Below, in pieces: positions 31,104 through 39,539 of a DNA stretch of 64,000 nucleotides (positions within the stretch are counted from its first letter, which is position 1; the number at the start of each line of letters is the position of its first letter). This DNA comes from a bacterium (lineage in GTDB: Bacteria; UBA8248; JACPRG01; G963555815). A program made the position numbers and the translations under genes. The notes beneath the pieces are model-generated. The model searched no databases, was not told the DNA's origin, and was given only the letters and a program-made list of their open reading frames with translations. Where the stretch lies: contig OZ244653.1 of assembly GCA_965218795.1 (NCBI GenBank), forward strand, positions 4,576,001 through 4,640,000. Direction: 5' to 3'.

Positions 31104-31154
31104 TCGAAACTCGGGTTCCCCCCGCCCTCCGCGCTTCCGTCCAAGGGACCGCCG

Positions 31155-32312
31155 CTACCGTGCCGCACCGACCGGTGCCTGCACCTGAAAGTGAGGCATG
31201 ACCTCGGCCGCGAACAATTCGAGGTTCTTCATCGTCAAATCATGCGGGAGGCTCCCAAAGTGCAGGAGGGTCACCAGGAGTCCGAATCCAGCCCCTTTGT
31301 AGTATTCCGCCAGCCGTTCACGGACCGTATCCGTGCTGCCCACGATAATGACCCCCTTCTCGTCCAGCTCCCGGGGTTTTCGGTCCCCGGCCATCTTGTC
31401 CGCTTTGGCAGCGAGGATCCGGGCCATGGATTTCTCCGTCAGATACCCCGGGGGGAAGAACTGGGGTCCCGGCCGCCGGAGGAGCTTGTTGAACAGGAAG
31501 GACAGATGCTTTTCCGCCTCCGCCCAGGCCTGCTCGTCGGTCTCCGCAACGTAGATGGGGACGGCCCAACCCAACTGCTCGGGCGGAGCCTGATACCCGA
31601 ATTTTTCCGCTTCCTCTTTGTACAGGTCGAGGATCTTCTTCATGCTCTCGAACGGGCTGAAGACCTGCATGTAGGGATATCGCCGCTCCGCCGCGAACTC
31701 GATCGTCTCCTGGCTGCCTTGCGAGGGCATCCAAATCGGTGGATGCGGCTTTTGATAGGGGCGCGGCCAGGGATTGACGTACCGGAAGTTGTAATGCTTC
31801 CCTTCAAACGAGAACGGCCCGGGCTCCGTCCAGGCGCGTACGATCAATTCGTAGGCTTCCAGGAAGCGGTCCCGTGATGTCGTGGGATCCATACTGAAGG
31901 CGGTGTATTCGTCCCCCACGCCCCGCACAAACCCGGAGATGATCCGGCCTTTGGTCATCACGTCAAGCATGGCCACCTCCTCGGCCACGCGGAGAGGATG
32001 GTCCCGGAGGCAGATGGCGTTGCCCAGGATGGCGATTTTGGCCTGTGTCGTCCGGCGCGCCAGGGCGGCGGCCATGATGTTGGGGGAGGGCATCAGCCCG
32101 TAGCAGGTCTGGTGATGCTCGTTCACGCAGATGCCGTCAAAACCCAGCGCGTCGGCCCGCTCGAACACGTCCAGGTAGTCGTTATAAAGGGTGTGACCCT
32201 TTTGCGGGTCGTACAGTTCGTTCGGGATTTTTGCCCACGAGGTACCGTAGGTTTCGATGTAATCCTCCGGCATATAGGGGTAGGGCATCAGGTGGAAAAA
32301 GTAGAACTGCAT
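31155..32312 (-). CDS. LLM-class flavin-dependent monooxygenase
   Basis: NEHHQ, PLRVAEEVAMLD, PRPYQKPHPPIW. Confidence 0.93.
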   Translation of the reverse strand: MQFYFFHLMPYPYMPEDYIETYGTSWAKIPNELYDPQKGHTLYNDYLDVFERADALGFDGICVNEHHQTCYGLMPSPNIMAAALARRTTQAKIAILGNAICLRDHPLRVAEEVAMLDVMTKGRIISGFVRGVGDEYTAFSMDPTTSRDRFLEAYELIVRAWTEPGPFSFEGKHYNFRYVNPWPRPYQKPHPPIWMPSQGSQETIEFAAERRYPYMQVFSPFESMKKILDLYKEEAEKFGYQAPPEQLGWAVPIYVAETDEQAWAEAEKHLSFLFNKLLRRPGPQFFPPGYLTEKSMARILAAKADKMAGDRKPRELDEKGVIIVGSTDTVRERLAEYYKGAGFGLLVTLLHFGSLPHDLTMKNLELFAAEVMPHFQVQAPVGAAR

Positions 32313-32689
32313 CTGGGCACCTCACGAAGCTCGTGGGACTACTTGATTTCCAGCCAAAATCCGATGGCCTTCGTGCTTCAATCGTCCAGGGCTGGATCCC
32401 CGGTTGTTTCTCCCCGCGTGCGCTAAGCCCCTCTTGCGACGGATGCGCGTCGGCTCGGCGAATTCAATTGTTCCAGAGGTCCGGTAGGCGTATGGTCCTT
32501 TCCCCGCAATGTGCCTGAGGAAAGGTCCGGGCGGCGAACCAGCCACAACGTTTCCACCGGTCCAGTATGGGAAAACAGTTGGCATTCTAACAAGAAGTTT
32601 CCCCCTCTACAATTGATCGCTCCGCTTTCATTCCAATGGGCTCGCTTCAGGATGACTCATGACGGAACAGGAAGGATCGGGGTAGCCCG

Positions 32690-32867
32690 CGTGCGGCTTT
32701 CCGACCGCGCGCCCTTCGGCGCCATCGGCAAGGTCGGCATCGACGCCACCAAGCCGCCGATCTATCGCGAAGCGGAACGCAAGAATGATGAGCGCATGAC
32801 GCCCGTGGGGTGTGAGGGAGGTTTTTCTGGGATCGTTCCTGAGGACCTGAACTTCGGCTCTGTCTAG
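32690..32867 (+). pseudogene. UbiD-family decarboxylase C-terminal fragment
   Basis: GKVGIDATKPP motif with no upstream gene body. Confidence 0.55.
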
Positions 32868-32899
32868 GCGCTCCAGAGCTTCAGGGGGTCCGGGGGGTT

Positions 32900-33630
32900 C
32901 CACCAAGTGTCCATCCCCTGGTCCTCAGTGGATCGCGCGCGCCGTGTTGTAGCCCGGTCCCCCGGTAAGAAGATCGCCGGGGTGCGTTGATCTGCCGGTG
33001 CAGGTACAGGCCCTCCACCGGCGTCTTGTAATTCGAAAGCTCGGGAACCGGCCGGTTCTCCAGAATCTGGGACCGGATCATCGCGCCGCAGTTGAAATCC
33101 CCCTCCTTCATGTTGACGACGGATCGCGCGATGTCGTACGGCGTGTACGTCGCCTTGCCCAGGATGTTTTTCCCATCCAGATTCGGCGCATAGTGCCGCC
33201 ACCGGGCGATACAGGTCTCCAGGTACTCCTCTTTGATATTCTCCCAGTGGACCGGGCCGCCGTCCTTCAAGTCGTAGGGCGCCACCTGCCACAAGAGGGC
33301 CGTGTGCTTTCCGTCGGGCGCCTGGCTGGGATCGAACAGGGTGAAAACGCCGCACTGCATCCCCGGCTGCTCGGGAGGCCGCCCTGCCTCCAGTGCCTTG
33401 AGGTGCGCGTCGAAGTCGTCCAGCGATTCATATCCGATACAGAGGTTGACGGCGTTTTGAATATCGGGGTCGAATTCGGCCGCCTTGTATTTCGGCGGCT
33501 CGTCCAAAGCCAAGTGCCCGCCGAACAGCTTCCATTGGCTGTACTTGAAATCCCGAACCTTTTCCAGGACGTTGGCGTCCAGAACCTGGCCTCCATCCAG
33601 CAGCTCCAGGAATGTCTGCTGCTGCGTCAG
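32900..33630 (-). pseudogene. Phytoene desaturase-like FAD oxidoreductase, 3' half only, frameshifted
   Basis: HLALDEPP, FDPSQAPDGKHT, YKTPVEGLYL; paralogous to 55490-57079. Confidence 0.8.
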
Positions 33631-33719
33631 ATATTTCTTCCGTCGCAGCTTCATGGGCTGACGAGTGCTTGCGGGCGGCGGTGGGTGAAGAGAATCTCTG
33701 CGGTTTGAGGTTTTCAGCG

Positions 33720-34074
33720 TCACAAAAGCGGCGCCCAGCGGGTCCACGGCCGGGACCCGAAGGCGATGTGTCAGGCGGCCCGCCGGGTGTTCGCAAAGGG
33801 GGGCGGGATCGTTCTGATGGAAAAGGAAAAAACGATCTTCGAGTATTCCCTTCCCGTCGGCGGTATGATGTGTCCCGAACCGTTCTCGACCGTTGCGCGC
33901 GAGATGACACGGTTGACGCGGATGTTCGAAAAACGCGGCTTTCGCTTCGGCGACCTGCTTTACTCCCAACTCTTCATGATATGCGATTTCCTCCCTGATC
34001 TGAAAATGACCCCGGTCGGATTGTTCAGGGTCAAGGAACGCGCCGTATTGCGTCCCGCCGAGCGTATCGGCTGA
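33720..34074 (+). pseudogene. Adenine deaminase C-terminal fragment
   Basis: GGGIVL...SLPVGGMM...FLPDLKMTPVGLF resembles the Ade C-terminal domain. Confidence 0.65.
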
Positions 34075-34134
34075 ACCCCCTTTGCGATTCAATGCAGGGC
34101 TGAGCAGGTTCAGAAATAACTGTAGAGGCGAGAA

Positions 34135-34174
34135 ATACCGTGGGATACCGTGGAATACCGTGGAATATCGTGGA
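34135..34174. repeat. Four tandem 10-bp repeats, ATA(C/T)CGTGG(A/G)
   Basis: ATACCGTGGG ATACCGTGGA ATACCGTGGA ATATCGTGGA. Confidence 0.85.
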
Positions 34175-34691
34175 AAAGGGCGATTTGGGGGACGAGATCT
34201 CGCTCCGCAATGTGCGCGTGAACGCCTGATCCTTCGCCCAAGATCCGACCGCCGCTTTCTTGCCTCAAACGCCTAATAATCGCGTAACAAGCGCCTTTTC
34301 CGGGACAAATTAAAGACATGAGGGGTTTGAACCGCCTTGGGGCCGGGATGGGCGGTCAGCGCTCCGCTGAGAAATACCGGACGGCCCACCGGAAAGACCC
34401 GAAAACCCGAATAAAATAACTGTAGATTATGACCGTGAAACGGTCGAAAAAGGCCCTTGCGACGCTCTTTTAATGGCGTTTCAAGGGCCTTTTCTTTCGG
34501 CAAAAAGTGGGAATTTCAGCACCCGAAAAGGGCGGTAAAAAACCCCTAAAAAGAGTCAGGGAATCCTCACATCTCACTTATGCTGGTGCTGTTCTTCTGG
34601 GGTGCGTTTTCCCGCCCATTCATCAGTAGTGGAGCTCATTCCAATCAAATTCCCACCATGCCAACCTACGGTTCAGCATCTCATTTTCTTC

Positions 34692-34967
34692 TTAAAGCCG
34701 CTTCAAAGTACGCCGATCAGATTCTGCTTTCTGTGGTCTTGGAAGGTCGGCAATTCTCCGTGGCCTTGTGCTGTCGAGCCAGTAGCTTGCCGATATTCCT
34801 TGGAGAGCATTTCTGAAGCGGCCAAATCTTTCCTCCTCCAACCTTTTAAGCATTCTGCGGGCACTGCTGCCTTCCGCCAACTCCCGTAGCTCAGCAACGT
34901 ACGCCTCCAAAGCCTCTCGCGCAATATTAGTTCCCGGAAGACTTCTTGCCGCGTACATACAGTTCAC
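34692..34967 (-). CDS. Hypothetical phage protein
   Basis: AAGGAG RBS; helical TNIAREALEAYVAELRELAE; no confident family. Confidence 0.35.
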   Translation of the reverse strand: MNCMYAARSLPGTNIAREALEAYVAELRELAEGSSARRMLKRLEEERFGRFRNALQGISASYWLDSTRPRRIADLPRPQKAESDRRTLKRL

Positions 34968-35004
34968 TCCTTCTGGTGCAAGCGCACCTGTATCCCAAAA
35001 AGTG

Positions 35005-35032
35005 TTGACATTGGAGCTTGAAGGAGTAAACT
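35005..35032 (+). promoter_or_regulatory. Sigma70-like promoter
   Basis: TTGACA-N16-TAAACT. Confidence 0.55.
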
Positions 35033-35065
35033 GAAAAGATTATATGGCTTTCAGTTACCCCTTGT

Positions 35066-35102
35066 AAAAGCTCCGGCTCCCTACCGGAGCTTTTGCCTTT
35101 TT
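35066..35102 (+). terminator. Intrinsic (bidirectional-type) terminator
   Basis: AAAAGCTCCGG-N7-CCGGAGCTTTT followed by a T-rich tail. Confidence 0.75.
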
Positions 35103-35285
35103 AGCCCTTTTCCCATTTACAGGCAAGAGAAAATAGGCGGCGACGACATCAGCGCCGCTTCATTGAGGATGCGTCCATGGATTCGAAGGAACTGTAGTCA
35201 AGCGACTCGTGGAGCGACGTTACTGGGTGTACCGTTGCCAGAAGGGGTGTAGCGAAACCCACAAGAATTATAAGGGAGACCGACC

Positions 35286-35315
35286 TTGACGCCGGATTGC
35301 CAGCCGTCGTATATT
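35286..35315 (+). promoter_or_regulatory. Sigma70-like promoter upstream of the structured RNA candidate
   Basis: TTGACG-N18-TATATT. Confidence 0.55.
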
Positions 35316-35321
35316 CTTATT

Positions 35322-35389
35322 GGCGTCTGAGTCAGACGTGATTACTTGAACCTTCGGGTCAATGGGGACGTCACGCACCCCCGGGCGCC
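35322..35389 (+). ncRNA. Candidate structured small RNA (closing stem, cUUCGg hairpin, pseudoknot)
   Basis: GGCGUCUG pairs with CGGGCGCC via G-U; UUGAACC-UUCG-GGUCAA; GGGG/CCCC stem whose loop GUCACG can pair with CGUGAU. Confidence 0.5.
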
Positions 35390-35447
35390 GCCCTTTTACT
35401 TCCCACCCAACTTCCGAAGCCTCCTCCTCGCGCTGAGAAGCCGTTTC

Positions 35448-36593
35448 TCATCTGTCAGGTGTTTCGTTCGTCATGTACGTCTCCTCCCCGTCCTTCGTGG
35501 TCTTGATCACCAGGCGCCAGAGCTCTCCGTCCTCCTCCAGAAAACCGATGGCCGACCGCGCCTTCTCGGCCGACCGAAACACCTCCCCTCGATCCAGCAC
35601 GCGCTGAACCCTCAGCCAGTCCTCCGGGCCGAAGTCCGCGAAGCGCGCGTGAGACCTCGCCGTCTCGCTCGATAGCCGCAGCGTCCTTGACCGCCCGCGG
35701 ATCGCGCCCAGAATCCTCTTGGGCACCACGGCCAACGGCCAGCTCCCGGCCTCCTTCCCGCCCAGAAAATCCGCAAGCCCCGGGTTGCCCGCGAAACTCC
35801 GGGCCGCGGCCCGGGCCAGATCCTCGGGCGCCGCGTCCATCTTCTCGATCGCCTGCTCCAGGGCCTCGCCGACCCTTCCCACACGGCCCACGTTGTGGTC
35901 CCATCCGGGATCGAGGCCCACGGGGATATGCCTCATTTCGCCGGTCCGCTTGTTCACCCATTCCCGGGTTTTGCCGGCGTTGCTCGGGACGTCCGTCACC
36001 TCGTAGCCGTACCGCTCCAGGTCGTCGTCGCCAAGCTGCTGGACGATGCACCGGCAGCCCCATCCGTTGGGCGGATAGTGGGTTTGCCAGAAGGGGTGAT
36101 CCACCGGCAGCACCGTCCCGTGCCAGCCCAGGTGCTCTTCCCGCGTCCGCTCGTCGGTCACGGCCACGTAGCGCAGATACGGAAGGTCCGCCTTGACGCG
36201 CTGGATCCGCTCCCACCGGCCCGCGCCGTAAGAGGCCCGCAGGTTGGCGTCGAAGATCGTCCGCAAACGGTGGGGGGAGCCGACTTGAACGATCCGGGTC
36301 TTTTTGGTCAGCGGGTCATATATCGGTTCACGGCCCCACCAGCCGCGCTTCACCAGCAACGGCTCGAGCTCGCTGCGGAAGGTATCAAGCGTGATCCCAT
36401 CGGATATGGCCCGGTCCACGGCCTTCCGGATGTCCGTGAGGATGTCCAGGTCCATGGCCTTGGCCACGGTGAAGGCCCGGGCGTGCAAGGCCGCGTCAGC
36501 GTCCTGCCAGGCGAACGTGATCTTGCGGCCCTTCTTGCGGAAGCGCCTCACCGCCTCAACGGGCGGGACGTTCAGGATTTCGGGGAGCGGCAT
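35448..36593 (-). CDS. Phage Mu gpF/SPP1 gp7-like (MuF) head protein with C-terminal extension (PBECR2-like nuclease?)
   Basis: AFTVAK, RLRTIFDAN, YLRYVAVTDERTREEH, FWQTHYPPNGWGCRC, GLDPGWDHNVG; about 140-aa extension ending WRLVIKTTKDGEETYM. Confidence 0.88.
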   Translation of the reverse strand: MPLPEILNVPPVEAVRRFRKKGRKITFAWQDADAALHARAFTVAKAMDLDILTDIRKAVDRAISDGITLDTFRSELEPLLVKRGWWGREPIYDPLTKKTRIVQVGSPHRLRTIFDANLRASYGAGRWERIQRVKADLPYLRYVAVTDERTREEHLGWHGTVLPVDHPFWQTHYPPNGWGCRCIVQQLGDDDLERYGYEVTDVPSNAGKTREWVNKRTGEMRHIPVGLDPGWDHNVGRVGRVGEALEQAIEKMDAAPEDLARAAARSFAGNPGLADFLGGKEAGSWPLAVVPKRILGAIRGRSRTLRLSSETARSHARFADFGPEDWLRVQRVLDRGEVFRSAEKARSAIGFLEEDGELWRLVIKTTKDGEETYMTNETPDR

Positions 36594-36621
36594 GGGTCAA
36601 TCACCACATGGATAGGGATGA

Positions 36622-36713
36622 ACATGGATAGACAGGATAGACAGGATAGACAGGATGAAAATTACAAATTTCTGTTTTTCTTTTCCCATCCTGTGCATCC
36701 TGTGCATCCATGT
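36622..36713. repeat. Inverted array of 9-bp tandem repeats (ACAGGATAG / CATCCTGTG)
   Basis: ACATGGATAGACAGGATAGACAGGATAGACAGGATG ... CATCCTGTGCATCCTGTGCATCCATGT. Confidence 0.85.
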
Positions 36714-36724
36714 CTGGTCTCCGG

Positions 36725-37546
36725 TCAGGGCTTCGCCGGGTCCCATACGATCGTCGCTATCTGCTCTTTGGTCAGCTTCGCCCGGTAGTGCTTCCGGTGG
36801 CGCTTGAGGTGAACAATTACCTTTCCGTTGATCTCAATCGGCGCGCTTTCCAGCACCGGATCGCCCCACACATGAAGCCAGCCCCACGGCGAAAGCATCA
36901 CAACCGGCTTACTACCGCCCTTGCGGTAAACAATCCCGTACTTGCTGGGCTGGCAATACACCGGTTTCCACCAGCACAGCCGCCTCTTTCGTGCAAATTC
37001 CACGGTCAGCGCGTAAAGAAGCGGTTCCTTTTCGGCTTCGGCCAGGCCGTCGTCTCCGGAGATCGCCGGTTTTCCCTCCGCGCCCTCAAGCGCCAGGTCG
37101 ATCATGTCGCCCACGGTTGTTTTGTAATACTGATTTCCGCCTTTTTTGTACCACCAGAACCGCAGGCTTCGGACCTTCGGCCCCGCCTTTCTGAGCCGGT
37201 CGCGCAGGGCGGCGGCCCCGTCGTGCTTGAGGCGCTTGCTCCACGCCTTCTTGGTCAACTCCCGGTTGAACTTTCCATTCGCCCCGAGGATAGGTATGGC
37301 GTCGGACAGGGCGGCGGAGTACAGGACGTTCCCGATCTTCCTGCAGTTCCCTCCGAAGCGGTCGAAGCGGTCATGGACCATCCACAGATCGCCGTCGGCA
37401 TTGTACTCGTACAAGTAGCCGCCGCCCGACAGGCTGGCATTCGGCTCGGGAGACCAGATCGGCAAATGGCCCTTGAACTGAAAGCCCCGGCTGAGCATGT
37501 TCCAGCGGAGGATCATATTAGAAACACCAAGTGTAGATTTTCCCAT
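36725..37546 (-). CDS. Hypothetical basic, Trp/Tyr-rich protein between portal and MuF
   Basis: GAGG RBS, ATG at 37546, 273 aa, co-oriented with the phage genes. Confidence 0.6.
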   Translation of the reverse strand: MGKSTLGVSNMILRWNMLSRGFQFKGHLPIWSPEPNASLSGGGYLYEYNADGDLWMVHDRFDRFGGNCRKIGNVLYSAALSDAIPILGANGKFNRELTKKAWSKRLKHDGAAALRDRLRKAGPKVRSLRFWWYKKGGNQYYKTTVGDMIDLALEGAEGKPAISGDDGLAEAEKEPLLYALTVEFARKRRLCWWKPVYCQPSKYGIVYRKGGSKPVVMLSPWGWLHVWGDPVLESAPIEINGKVIVHLKRHRKHYRAKLTKEQIATIVWDPAKP

Positions 37547-37563
37547 GTCAACCTCTGTCCGTT

Positions 37564-38520
37564 CTACGCTTCCCCGTCTGGATCGTCGGCGTTCTGTAGG
37601 CCAGCCCGGCCGGACAGCCAGGCGCTGAATGCGTTGGCCCGTACCCGCAGCGCCAGGGCTTCGTCGTCGAGCTGCTCCGCCAGGCCGCCGAAAGCCTCGT
37701 TGAAGTCCTCCAGGGTTTCGGCTTCGGCCGCCGCCGCAAGGATCGGCTCGATGATCGGGCCGGTCAGCTGCTCCCAATCGTTCGCCGCGTCGACCGCCGC
37801 GTCGCCAAGCGGATCGGCCGTTGTGTCGCCCTCGCGGGCCGCGCCCTGAAGGGCAGTACGCAGCGCCGGTTCTTGGTTCCCCGGCGCCGGTGGCGGATCC
37901 GGCGCCGGTTCCCATTCGCCGCCGTATACGGCCTCGACGTGCGCCTGCGTGGGCTTGAGGCCGGTCGTCTCGGAAATGATCCGCTCCCGTTCGGCCCGTT
38001 TGTCCAGGTCCTCGGGCGGTTCGGCGTCCCGCCGTATCCGGGGGATCGCCGCGCCGGGAAAATTCCACTCCGTCAGCCACCTTGAGATCGTGTGGTTCAA
38101 AGCGTCGTCCAGCATGTGGGCGTCCGCCGCGATCACCTCGTCCCGCACGTCCTTCTGGATCTCGGCCGTCCCCTTCCAGGGGCCTTGATCCGTGGTGGAG
38201 CTTTGGCCCAAAAGCGTCGTCGTAATGGCGCTGTCCAGGTACTTCACGAACACCTCGAAATCCGCGCCCGTCCTCCGGGCGGATTCCATAAGCTCGATGT
38301 CCTGCCCCTCCGGGAGCGCTACGCCGGAGCCCACCGAAAGGCCCTTGATCAGTTCCAAGAGCTTGTCAATCTCCTCCTGATTCGCGCCCTTGCGGTATGT
38401 GCCCTTGGGCGTGGGAGAACCGTACTTGTCAAGCGAAACCGCCCAAAACTTCAGGCCGTTCCGCTTTAGCCATACCGGCCAGTAGCACCAACGCGCCAGG
38501 CCGGGGCCGTGAGGGATGTC
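37564..38520 (-). pseudogene. DUF935 / Mu gp29 portal protein, 5'-truncated
   Basis: PHGPGLARWCYWPVWLKRNGLKFWAVSLDKYGSP...LLGQSSTT...VIAADA...EWNFPGA. Confidence 0.85.
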
Positions 38521-38735
38521 TGCCCTGCCGACAGAAAGAATCGGACCCCCACCGCTGGTAGGCCGGGCATCTTGCCCGGCATTGAGGACAAGCAGGCGGC
38601 TTGGGAACGGTCAAACCATCTCGAATACCCTGGACGAATGAATAGTCTCACAGTTCCATTTCCCGGCTGTCCCCTCTTTGAATTCCGGCCCCCCTTTTTC
38701 ATAGGATCCCAACTGAACATTTCAGAATTTTGGCA

Positions 38736-38790
38736 TTGACAGGGGAAATTGGGTATGTCATTTATAGATATATCATAAGGATATCTCTAT
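38736..38790 (+). promoter_or_regulatory. Putative promoter/operator of the GntR operon
   Basis: TTGACA at 38736 followed by AT-rich palindromes GATATATC and GATATC. Confidence 0.4.
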
Positions 38791-38804
38791 GATTTTCCTC
38801 TGGT

Positions 38805-39539
38805 ATGGAAGGGTCAGGTGTGTTTGCGGAAAGGCCCGAAGCCGCTGAATCCATCAAGGACAGAGTCTACGCCAGCCTCAAGCAGGACCTGATTTCGGGC
38901 GTTTTTTCTCCGGGGGAGATCCTTCAGGAGAAGGAATTGGCCCGGTCCTTCGGCGTGAGCAAGACTCCGGTTCGGGAGGCGCTTTCAGAGCTCGTCAAAG
39001 ATCGCTTTGTCAAGCTCCTGCCGCGAAAAGGCTACCTCGTCGCCCCTGTCGATCCCCAGGAGGTCGTTGAAAACCTCGAGCTTCGGGTCATTCTTGAATG
39101 CGCCGCCGTTGAATTGGCGGCCCGGCGGATTTCCGCCGAGGACCTGAACGAGTTGGAAAGCCTGATTCTCCCTCAGCCGCCCGCCGGCGATCGGTTGAAA
39201 GACAACGACCAGCTCGGAGCGTACCCCCGCACCAATATCCAGTTCCATCGAAGGCTGGCCGCCGCCTCGGGCAATCGCTCATTGGCGCGGGCGATCACGA
39301 AGGTCCTGGAGGACCTTCTCAGGGTGATTTTCATCAGCTACTCCCTGCCCGATCTGGAAGAGACCGGGAGCGATCATGTGGAACTCGTGGATGCCCTGAG
39401 GGATCGCGACGGTGATCGGGGCAGAAAAGTCATGGAGCGCCATCTCCAGGTCACGAGGCAGCGCCTGCTGGGCGCCTTGTGGGGCGGGAAGTCCCGGCGT
39501 GAGGAGGAAGACGCAGGGTTGACGGAGGCGGCTTCATGA
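38805..39539 (+). CDS. GntR (FCD) transcriptional regulator
   Basis: ELARSFGVSKTPVREAL; FH..LAAASGN. Confidence 0.93.
   Translation: MEGSGVFAERPEAAESIKDRVYASLKQDLISGVFSPGEILQEKELARSFGVSKTPVREALSELVKDRFVKLLPRKGYLVAPVDPQEVVENLELRVILECAAVELAARRISAEDLNELESLILPQPPAGDRLKDNDQLGAYPRTNIQFHRRLAAASGNRSLARAITKVLEDLLRVIFISYSLPDLEETGSDHVELVDALRDRDGDRGRKVMERHLQVTRQRLLGALWGGKSRREEEDAGLTEAAS

Larger units (their letters stand above)
34110..38520 (-). mobile_element. Mu-like (transposable) prophage remnant
   Basis: Truncated DUF935 portal, MuF gene, repeat-rich end region, lower-GC inserts. Confidence 0.8.

Noticed and set aside
32881-34092. 403-aa ORF as a real gene
   Set aside because: Chimera of the antisense Ade fragment and an oxidoreductase stump
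34135-34174. Possible CRISPR array
   Set aside because: 10-bp tandem units with no spacers, and no cas genes in the window
35322-35389. tRNA or HDV/theta ribozyme identity for the RNA candidate
   Set aside because: No T-loop/D-loop consensus or cloverleaf, and the stem order does not fit HDV topology
36622-36713. Possible CRISPR array or coding repeat (MDRQDRQDRQD)
   Set aside because: 9-bp tandem units in inverted arrangement with no spacers; the peptide is a read-through of the repeat
36725-38080. 451-aa ORF at full length
   Set aside because: The first ~178 codons overlap the portal gene out of frame; the credible start is 37546
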